A stretch of DNA of 64,000 nucleotides from Macrostomum lignano. Lineage: Eukaryota. The translations under genes and the position numbers were made by a program. The DNA is taken from positions 149,312-213,311 of the forward strand of contig NIVC01000782.1 in assembly GCA_002269645.1 (NCBI GenBank), in the 5' to 3' direction. Of the stretch, positions 38,451 to 49,300 are shown in pieces (positions within the stretch are counted from its first letter, which is position 1; every line of letters starts with the position of its first letter). Below the pieces are notes generated by a model, which ran no database searches, was not told the DNA's origin, and saw nothing but the letters and a program-made list of their open reading frames with translations.

Positions 38451-40602
38451 ATCTATCAATCTTAATTGGCAACAATTATTTTTCTATTTCATTTCAGCCT
38501 AACATTACATGGCCCATCCTCAAACTTGGATGTCACCTTGGTCTTGCCTTTGAAGCATGCAAAGCTACTTGGAATTGGAATTTAATATCTCGAATGCTAC
38601 CTTTTGTGAAGCAATGGTAAGTTTTAGTTATAAACTGATTTTTTCTGTCATCAAAATCTGTTATAAGATCAAAATCTATCAAAATCTATTACAAAATCTA
38701 TTATCAATCTGTTATAAAATTCTGTAATTTAACCCCTTTCTTTTCTAAGGTTGCTCACCTGACCTGAAGAAGCAGCATTCTGGCAATTGGCAGCAGCATG
38801 TTTCTGACTGTTCTAATTCTGGTGCATTATATTATTGTTAATTAATTAATGCTATTGACAATGTCAATTTCAAATTATATATTATATCATATGCGCAGCG
38901 CAACTCTAAAGATATCAATATCTACATCAGTGTGTTTATTCTTTGTGTGCCAGTGACTCACTACTGTACATAAATACACCTTACTTATTGAGACATCCTT
39001 TTTGAATATATTTTTGTGCAGAAATACTTTTTGGCTATAGCTAATGTTTTATCTGTGTTTCAGTTTCTTTTATATGGTATTGAGATCTGGGGTTTGTATG
39101 AAATTTTGAGATCTGGTATTATTTTGAGATTTAGGATGCAACAATTTATTATGGCAACCAGTATAATGGCTGCTTACTCAATGACAATGTGGATTCTATG
39201 TGAAATACATAATTACTTCCATGTGGATCTTCCATGTGGAATCCATATCTTGATTCCACATGGATGGACGGAGACAAATGCACATATGGATTTCATATGA
39301 AAAATCCACATGGAATCCATATCATTTTTTTCACTGGGAATCGCCCCTGGCCGCAAAAACTGTACATGTATGTAAAAACATACTCAGCAACAGTCAAAAG
39401 TTCCACCCTCCAAGCGAGATGAATTTTTCACTTATTGCGATCATCGCTATCTGTCGACGTGTTAACACATTTAGTGCCAAACGTGTGCAGTTACGTGCAC
39501 TTGTACATGTAATTCTGGAAATTTGGTAATGAAGTAGTACATTTAGCAGTGTATGAGGCTCGCCAGCGCAAGAACTCCCTGCAAAAGTCCTCTCTGTCCC
39601 TGCAATGGCCAATGCGATCTTAGTCCCAGCAGTGTCCCTTCTATTCGACTATGACTTCGAGATAGACAGCTAAAAGACACTAGATGGCAGGTAAGTGCAA
39701 TGCCCCTCTAGTCGGAAGTCCGATTTCGATAGCTCTGGTTTGGTGAGCCGGGGCGCACGGACTGGTGGTAGCGGGTTAGTTAATCCGCGGGTTAGCTAAT
39801 CTCTACCTTTCAAATTCTCCCTGCATTGTCTCTCGCTGTCTTCCCTTAGCTATAGGACCTTGCTGCTCGCCACACAATCCAGCTACCACGGGGCTGACCA
39901 TCTGACAGGAGTGAGAAGCCAGAGTTCTAAGTGATTCATTTCTGAGTTCTGAGGCCCAGAGCTACAGGCTTAAAAAGGCCGAACCCATCAGAATGTTGCG
40001 GAGCTGCGTCATGCCATTGAAAACGCTTGGCAGCAACTTCCCAGGACTTTCTGCGCCGCCTCATCCTGGGGATGCCCCGCAAAGTCGCCGCACTTCAGCA
40101 TGCGAGGGATCGTTCTTAAGCATTTGTGATTCTAACTGCATATTGCAAAAAAATAATTGTGTTGATTTTGCTCGACTGACGTTTATATTGATTCACTCGC
40201 GGCGACTTATTTGCGTAACTCGAGGGTTGAATTGTGAGTGAGAAGTCCTCCCTCCCTCAAACTCCTCCCTCCCACAAGTCCGCCTCTACCGGCCTCCCCC
40301 TCCGTAAGTTCCGTCCCTATAAGCTTCGACTGTCTCTGCACTGTCTCTCAATCTTGCGAGTGACGCAACTTATAGCATTACGCCACAAGACGACTTGGGT
40401 TGAGGAATGAAGTGGGGGAAGGGGATCGCGGTGTGCGAGAGTTGGACGGATTAAAGCTACGCCTCAGTTTTCTCGTATCTTTTATTTCAAATTAGTCCAA
40501 GCTAGAAGCTAGCTCACTGGCGCATAGAGTGGCGACTTTTTTCAATGTTGCTTTGTCAGTGGGGATTCTCAACTTGACTGACAAGATACGAGTATTTTGT
40601 AT

Positions 40603-43600
40603 GACTGGGTTCAAAACTTGACTGAATGACGATATAGCTGCATGTGGATCTAATATCCCCACGATTACTAACCAAAGAAATAAAATGTCTAGCTTTTGCT
40701 GGGATTGTGAGACTACATGTACATACAGTATACGCATGTATAAACTATACTAGACAAACAACTGCACTACCAGCGTAGCTCGAATACACGCACACGTTGT
40801 GTATACTTCAATCGGTCGAATAAATAGAAAAACCATCAACTCCGCCCCTTCGACCCCCCTCCATCAGCTCCGCCCCTACCGCCCCCCTCCAACAGCTCCG
40901 CCCCTACCGTCCCCCATCAGCTCCGCCCCCTCCAAGAGGTCCGCCCTTACCACCGCCCCTACCGCCCCCATCAGCTCCGCCCCTACCGCCCCCCCCCTCA
41001 GCTCCGCCCCTACCGCCCCCCATCAGCTCCGCCCCTACCGCCCCCCATCAGCTCCGCCCCTACCGCCCCAATCAGCTCCGCCCCTACCGCCCCCATCAGC
41101 TCCGCCCCTACCGCCCCCATCAGCTCCGCCCCTACCGCCCCCATCAGCTCCACCCCTACCGCCCCCATCAGCTCCGCCCCTACCGCCCCCCATCAGCTCC
41201 GCCCCTACCGCCCCCCATCAGCTCCGCCGCTACCGCCCCCCATCAGCTCCGCCCCTACCGCCCCCCATCAGCTCCGCCCCTACCGCCCCCCATCAGCTCC
41301 GCCGCTACCGCCCCCATCAGCTCCACCCCTACCGCCCCCCATCAGCTCCACCCCTACCGCCCCCAATCAGCTCCACCCCTACCGCCCCCATCAGCTCCGC
41401 CCCTACCGCCCCCATCAGCTCCGCCCCTACCGCCCCCATCAGCTCCGCCCCTACCGCCCCCCATCAGCTCCGCCGCTACCGCCCCCATCAGCTCCGCCGC
41501 TACCGCCCCCATCAGCTCCACCCCTACCGCCCCCATCAGCTCCGCCCCTACCGCCCCCCATCAGCTCCGCCCCTACCGCCCCCCATCAGCTCCGCCCCTA
41601 CCGCCCCCCATCAGCTCCGCCCCTACCGCCCCCATCAGCTCCGCCCCTACCGCCCCCATCAGCTCCGCCCCTACCGCCCCCCATCAGCTCCACCCCTACC
41701 GCCCCCCATCAGCTCCGCCCCTACCGCCCCCATCAGCTCCACCCCTACCGCCCCCCATCAGCTCCGCCCCTACCGCCCCCCATCAGCTCCGCCCCTACCG
41801 CCCCATCAGCTCCGCCCCTCCAAAAGCTCCACCGCTACCGCCCCCATCAGCTCCGCCCCTCCAAAAGGTCCGCCCCAACGCCTCCCTTCATCAGCTCCTC
41901 TACGACAAAGTAATGGTTAAACACAGCGTGCAGCTCTAAGACAGCGAATATACAGTTATCAACAAATCATTCTCTAGGAAACTTGATCGACACAAATAAT
42001 TGGCACCAGTATTGCTTTCGACTATGTAAACGAGACTTGCGCCAATTCAAATAGGACGCCATACGAGATCTTTGCGAGTATTGCAAGACAACAGTGGCAG
42101 AAAAAGACTAGAGTGATGGGAAGTGAGTTGCTTGCTTCCTATTCAGGTTAGTATTTTGCGTTGGTCTAACTTAAGCCTGGGGCACAGACTGTGGTCAGGG
42201 AAAGAGCAGGGAAGTGGAAGTAGGAAAAGTGACTCCAATTTTATTTACGTATCAAGATTTCCTTGGTTCTATCCGCGATCCGAAGATCAAATATACTAAG
42301 TCTGCGGAGCTCAGTCTGCTTTCCATATACTCGTACCTTTGCTTGAGGAGCATTTGGATCAGTGAGGAGTCTGGCTAAAGTCTCGTTTCGATTGCCAAAA
42401 GCGATACAGTATTACATTACAATGTATTTCAAGCGATTAAAATGGTCATTGCGCTATAAGTTGCATTCAGCAACAGATTCATATTGGGGCCACACAATGT
42501 GACATTATTGGCACAATGTTACGTCAATAAATGCAGAAGTATAGTATATAGTTGTAATACAGAAAAGCGACAATAGTTATATAATGACATTGGAAATTGA
42601 ATTTCGCGATAGTATTACACCAACGCCACACGGCATTAACGCCGAACGGTGAAAAGTTAAACACAAGAAAAATGCACGGACTTGAAAGTAAACGATTTGC
42701 TTGGTTGCGTCGGAATTAAATCAGTAAAAAGCATACGCTTTTTAAATTGCGAGTACCCGGTATGCACCATCACAGTTCGCAGCTGGGCAAATTATTCTGA
42801 AGAGAAGAAGAATTACGATTTTATTAGCAGAGCTACGAGAAGGGGAGCCGCCGGGGGAGGAGGGGCTAGGGAAAGAGGAGGGTATAAAAGGCTATTTAAA
42901 AACACTGTAGCAGACGGGTTATGCATGACACAGTAAGTAAAACAGAGAGGAGGGAAGAGCGTAACAAAGGCATAACCAAGGAGAGTAGAGGGTGGGCGCT
43001 GAAGTGGAGGAGAGGGAGGGCCCTGGAGTGGAGGAGAGGGTGGGCGCTGAAGTGGAGGAGAGGGTGGGCGCTGAAGTGGAGGAGAGGGAGGGCCCTGGAG
43101 TGGAGGAGAGGGAGGGCCCTGGAGTGGAGGAGAGGGAGGGCCCTGGAGTGGAGGAGAGGTAGGGCGCTGGAGTGGAGGAGAGGGAGGGCGCTGGAGTGGA
43201 GGAGAGGGAGGGCGATGGAGTGGAGGAGAGGGAGGGCGCTGGAGTGGAGGAGAGGGAGGGCGCTGGAGTGGAGGAGAGGGAGGGCGCTGAAGTGGAGGAG
43301 AGGGAGGGCCCTGGAGTGGAGGAGAGGGAGGGCGCTGGAGTGGAGGAGAGGGAGGGCGCTGGAGTGGAGGAGAGGGAGGGCGCTGGAGTGGAGGAGAGGG
43401 AGGGCGCTGGAGTGGAGGAGAGGGAGGGCGCTGGAGTGGAGGAGAGAGAGAGCGCTGGAGTGGAGGAGAGGGAGGGCGCTGGAGTGGAGGAGAGAGAGGG
43501 CGCTGGAGTGGAGGAGAGGGAGGGCGCTGGAGTGGAGGAGAGGGAGGGCGCTGGAGTGGAGGAGAGGGTGGGGGCTGATGGGAGAAGAGGGTGGGCGCTG

Positions 43601-45430
43601 GAGGGGAGTAGAGGATGGGGGCTGGAAAGTAAAGGAAGAGAGGGTAGGGGCTAGAGAGGGGGAGGCGCTGGAGGTGGAAAGAGGGGATAGTAGAGGCTGG
43701 ATAGGGAAAAGTATAACGCGGGAAGGAGAAGTATAGGAAAAGCAGGATTGTATGGAGAGTATAGGGAGGGCATGGAGGGTATAGGGATGGTATGGAGGGT
43801 ATATGGAGGGTATGAATGGGTATAGAAGGGTATGGAGGGTATAGGGAGAGTATTGAGGGTATATGGAGGGCATAGAGGGTACAGGGAGGCCATGGGTGGG
43901 TATAGAAAAAGTATGGAGGGTATGGAAGGTATAGGAAGGGTATGGAGGGTATAGGAAGGGTATGGAGGGTATAGCGAGGGTATGGAGGTACAGAGAAGGT
44001 ATATAGGGAGGGTATAAATGGGTATAGGGAGAGTATAGAGAGTATGGAGGGTATAGAGAGATATAGGGAGAGTATAGAGAGTATAGGAAGGTATGGAGTG
44101 TACAGAGGGTATATAGAGAGCATTAGGGTATAGGGAAGGGGTATGGAGGATGTAGAGAGATAAAGATGGGTATATGAAGGGTATGGAAGGTACAGGGAGA
44201 ATATAGGGAGGGTATAGAGGGTATATAATTCTGCATCTAAAAAATTTGTTTCTTGGGTAAAAAAAACAAAGCAAATTAGCAAACCTATTAAAAAATAACT
44301 GGTCATTATTCCCTTAAGCTATGTTAGCTATGGAAATTTCGCATTTAAAACAATTTCACCTATAGACTATTTTACCCCTAAGCCAATTTGGTCATAGATT
44401 ATTTAACCATGTTAATTACCAATCCAAGGCAACAAATATTAATTAACAAAACTAGCATATAAACATAGATTTATATTATAAGTAACCATTAAATTTTATA
44501 ATTTTTTAGAACTATAATATGAAAATGGTTAAATAACATAATCTTACCTAATGCTATATAAATATAGATATATCATAATTATAATAATATAACCTTTGAT
44601 AAAATAAATGTTTGCAGGAAAGAAAAGTCTAGATACAAAATATCCATGATTATGGCCACAATAATTTAGGGGCAAAAACAAAATTTAAATAACAAAAATG
44701 AGAATTTAGTCAAAACATTCTTATTTTATAAATGTAGGCCTGGCCTAATGAACTTTTTATGCTAGAAATTAACCATTTACTTTTTGTTTGGTTTTAAAAA
44801 TAAAATGCTTTGATATTAAAAGCTTATTATTATCCCCATGCATTAAAACTTGATTTATTTGGTAGGCCTATATTTAATGATCAATGTGCTTCCCAACCCC
44901 ATCAAGTTTGATTTTAATTTTTCTATACCAATAGAATAGGTCTAGACTCTAGTCTAGTCTAAGTCTAGTCAGTGTGGCAGAACCAGGTAGTAGGCCTAAC
45001 GATGATGATATGATCTATTTTAATGATATTCTGACGATCCATCTATCTAGGCTAGGCCCCTAAGTCATATCTAATATCCATATCTGTATTTTAGGGATCG
45101 CAGTCAGCTCAAACAAGCCTGCTGCTGGCACTTGTACTCAAAATTAAGCATATTCAAAATTGATGATGTATCGAAAGTTGCTTTAGGAATAACTAACTCT
45201 GTACAGTGAAATGTATTTAACTCCCGTTTTTTATTAACGAATAGAAAGCAATACTATTCAGTTGTGATTAGGCTACAATATTGAATTTAGACGGTACTAG
45301 TTTGTTTGTCATTGTGCAGGCAATATGTACGAGTATCCAGCATGCAGTAAAGGCAACCAGCATGCAGGATATGCATGTTTATCGTACCTAAAATTGTGCT
45401 GAATTTGCGTATAAACTGCTGACACGGGTG
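40603..45430 (-). repeat. Right terminal inverted repeat of foldback element (4828 bp)
   Basis: Reverse complement of 27007-31620; carries the C-rich array 40830-41885 and the purine array 42990-43570. Confidence 0.92.
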
Positions 45431-46225
45431 TTAGAACACTAATGTTTGCAAAGACACGAGGATGTATTTCATAATTCCACAAATAATTTCGGGCAATGAA
45501 ATAATTTCATGGGCCTTATATCTACTTGATCCGTAGACTTTTTTCACTTAGTGCTGACAAACTTTTGTTTTATGAATTGTTAGTTTTGTGTGTGAACGAT
45601 CATCAGAAGAAATACTGCTGTGCAGGTATAGCTAGGCACAGCAAGCTAAACTTGAAATGGCCGAACAGTGTTAGGGGGGATATAAACAATAAAAAATGAA
45701 AAAAACAAAAACATAGACGTCTATTCTATTTTGCATAATGTGCTTTTATCGAAAAACACTTTAGGAAATCGAATTATGAAGTTTTTAAATAAGTGCAAAA
45801 ATACAGAAATCTGGTGTTCAGTTGTAATAATAAAAGGAATTCCAAAAATACAAAGCCTAGTTCTAATAAGTTAGTGCATTTTTTTAAAGTTCTCTCCGTT
45901 TAATTTACGCCTTAATTCTGCTGATATGTTTTAGTCCCAATTGTGTAAGAAGCTAGTTTATTCAGTTTATAACGGTGTTTTCCGGCATTGTCAGTTATCG
46001 TAAACAGCCATAGTTAAAGAGAGCCTTACGATACGACGACGCTCTCATTGCTTACCAAAGTAATTAGTCCCATACTCAAAGCTCGCTTAAAAGAATACGT
46101 AATTTCTAGGATTAGGTATTGGTACATTACACATTCAGTTTAATTTGCATAAATAGGGCTTCTTACTTGCTTATTTGGTTTAAAAACCTAATTTTAGTAA
46201 ATACCAAAGACCAAACTTATAAGAT

Positions 46226-46394
46226 ATGACTGAACACGATGATGGCCAGGGAGAGTTGGACATGAGCCACGGTGGAGTTGGTGGCTTTCGATCTCAGCGT
46301 GATCAACAAAGACAGCAAGAAATAGAATACTACGAAGAAGAGCTCTCCAGACTTGATGACAGCTATCCTTGTGCTCGCAATGCTTTGGAACTTG
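46226..46394 (+). CDS. KHDRBS: KHDRBS exon 1 (QUA1 region)
   Basis: 56 codons + G, donor G|GTAAGC; joins AG of exon 2 to give Glu. Confidence 0.75.
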
Positions 46395-49300
46395 GTAAGC
46401 ATATAAAAACAATTTTGCCTAGACCTAGCCACCTCTTGTCTATCCCCAATGCCCTATGTTTTAGCTTAGTAGGCTAATAATAATATTATGCCTAGTATAG
46501 TAATAGCTTACAAAATAGGTTCCTAGGCATAAGCCATATTATAATATTCCTTTAAGTTGCATAGGCCCAACCTAATTCAAAAGCATAGGCTATAGGCATA
46601 GGCATAGGTTAGGCATAAGCTATAAAGCATAGGCTAGCAATTAACTATACATAATCAAGCTTACATTGCAGTGTACAAAAGTGTTAATTAAAGTATGTGT
46701 CATAATGATGTGGTATAAATTATACTAAACAATCATTTTCCTAAATAAAGTAAATTTTAAAATTAGAACAACAATTTTTTTCTAGATAAGTATACCAAAA
46801 GTTCCTATAATTAGTAACTAATAAAAATATACTTGAATCAATAATATACATAACTATTTTGTTTTTCAAATTAAATAGTTTTATGTTTTTGTAGCAATTT
46901 TTGTTATATGCATTCCACACTCCGGATCATGTAGTATATGCCTGAAAATTCAGGCGTGCATTGGCCTTGCACGCCAAAATTAGGTGTGCACAGTTGGCGT
47001 GCATCACTCCTAAGAAGAGAGTATGCGTGCACACCTGGCATGCCATAGTTTGGAACACCCTGAATGTATGCCAGACTAAAATCTCTCACAATTTTTTTGG
47101 TACGCCAGTGTACGCCAATTTTAAGTGCATGCCCACTTTCAAAACTACAGTACTACAGGTTTTGCGACAATAAATGACTTTTTTTACGTTGCAACAATAA
47201 ATTATTTTGTTTTTAAATTGTGTAATATAATTTTTTTAGCTAATAATTTGGTTAATACTTTTGCTTTTTTGCTGATATTATTTAATATTTATAGCCAAAA
47301 CTTAATACACGCAAAGATTTGTTTAATTTTTTATTACAAGCTTTAAAAACCCGGAAGCTTGAAATTGCTTAAAAATAAACTTGTTATTTCACAAATAACA
47401 AGTTTTCACGAACTTTTCACGAACTCTTCTGCATGATTCTATTAACTTCATGCACACTATTTTCTTAGACTATTTGATTTGATTCCGCAACTACAGGAAC
47501 ATGTGCGCTTCTTTTTGAATATGCATTTTTATACGCCAGATAGTACACCAAATTTAAAAAAAGTAAAAAATTGTATGCCAAAAGTCATGAGTGTACGCTG
47601 GATTAATCCGGCATACCACCCCTCTTCTGGACTATGGCTGGCATGCACTTTATGGAATCACGCGTAAGAGTAATTGTGAAGTAGAAAAAAGATGAATAAG
47701 TTCATTTTTAAGTCCAAATTTCAAGTTTTCCCATTTTTTTAGCTTGTAAAAGAGCATTTAAACAAATTTTTGCATGTAATAACTTTTTGGCCATAAAAAA
47801 GTATCGCCAAAAAAGCATAAAACGCAACCAAATTATCTGGTAATAAGGGTCTATTACACAATTTAAAAGAATTACTTTATTGTCACAATGTAAAAGAGGT
47901 CATTTATTATTGCAACAGTGCATATTTTGATAATCGATGTGCACTACATTTTTCTGGTGTGCATTTGTAATTATTCAATTTTTGTTTGGGCGTCCACCTA
48001 GCATGATCCGGACTATGGTATACATTTGCATGTGTCTATTGCTTGTTGCATTGGTTAATGCACTTTTTAATCACGCAATTTTTAGTGGCATATAATTTAC
48101 TAGAATACTTGATTGGTGTAATTTACTAGTGTACACTTAACTAGATAGCTAAATACTTTCTAGTATACATATAAAGTTTGGGCATTCTTTTGTTTTACAA
48201 TCCTCTAGTAGGTCTAGTTTCATATTATGATCCATATATGCTTAATAATAGCCATCCAAACTGGACAGGTAAAATGGTCGCTGGCCAAGGTAAGTTGCAA
48301 AATTATAAATGCAAGAAACAAAAAATGGAAGAAGAAAGAAAGAAAAAAAAGAAAAGAAAGAAAAAAAAGAGAAAAAAAAGAAAAAGGCAAGAAAAGTCAT
48401 TAAGTCGCAATCAAGGAAACTAAGTCACAAATTTAGACAAAACTAAGTTGCACTAGACAGGTAAAATTTTGAGATTGGGTATGTATGTTACCATCCCCAT
48501 TAAAAAAGTCAATAGGACATTTCAGTATATCAAGAAATTACATTTTACATGTATTTCCCATTAAGCTCACTTTCAAGTCAATTTAAATTGTCATTGCAAC
48601 TCATTTAAATATATACGTAAGCCATAGTTATGGAAGTACATAGCTTATATTCACTTTTGTCATATGATCATTTAAATGATGAAGTTATATATAAGTGATT
48701 GTAAGAGGAAAATGAACTTACATTTGTCTTACAATCACCCTGCAATATAAAACACATCTATTTAATGGGGAGAGAGTGCCCAAAATTGGTTCTTGGTTTT
48801 TGATGGCTTTGGGGCTTTCAGTTTATGGAAGTTGTAGAAGCTAAAATTGTTTGTTTTGTTTAATTGAAACATTGATTATACCAACAATTTTCTATCATTT
48901 CAAAAATATAATCCCTCCAATACAATTCTACTATTAGTATAATCATATTTCAAAACCTATAAGCTCTTTTAATTTCGTCTTGCGATAACCTACATATAAT
49001 TTCACCATTTAACTGATTGTAAATGATCATATCATATAACAGAGGTGAATATAAGATTTATGTAAGACAAGATTTAATACTACTATAAAAGTATGCTTAG
49101 AAGTGGTCTTATTTTTGTCTTCTATGAGGGATTGTATAATACAAGTCCTAACTCCTATAGAGAACATAGTCTGGATCATGTTGAGTGTACTCTGGAATGT
49201 TCTAAACCAAGGCATTGCCAATGCCAAGTAAATGCACACCTGTGCCAAGCAAATGTATGCCAAACTAATATGTTACAAAAACAACATGCAACTTTTTATA

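Larger units (their letters stand above)
33141..39338. mobile_element. Nested non-autonomous EnSpm/CMC-like element, 6198 bp, CCC...GGG ends, 2-bp TSD AA
   Basis: AA|CCCAGTGAAAAATGATTCATGGATTCCACGTGG ... CCACATGGAATCCATATCATTTTTTTCACTGGG|AA; subterminal ATGGA(A/T)TCCA repeats at both ends; no transposase seen. Confidence 0.72.
27007..45430. mobile_element. Giant foldback-type DNA transposon, 18424 bp, 4.6/4.8-kb TIRs, 7-bp TSD TTAGAAC
   Basis: Left end TTAGAAC|CACCCGTGTCAGCAG and right end CTGCTGACACGGGTG|TTAGAAC. Arms 27007-31620 and 40603-45430 are reverse complements with only scattered SNPs outside the tandem arrays. Confidence 0.9.

Noticed and set aside
39930-40000. Hammerhead-ribozyme-like motif CTGA..TGAGGCC...GGCCGAAC
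   Set aside because: The core has an insertion, lacks the full GAAA, and stems I and III do not pair properly; a covariance-model search would be needed to revive it
40799-41920. 373-aa Pro/Ser/Ala-rich ORF
   Set aside because: Translation of the C-rich minisatellite; frame changes with unit length
27007-45430. Inverted duplication as a long-read hairpin artefact
   Set aside because: A 9-kb unique spacer, arm-specific SNPs and array lengths, and a flanking direct repeat are not expected from a missed-adapter palindrome; read-level confirmation is still advisable
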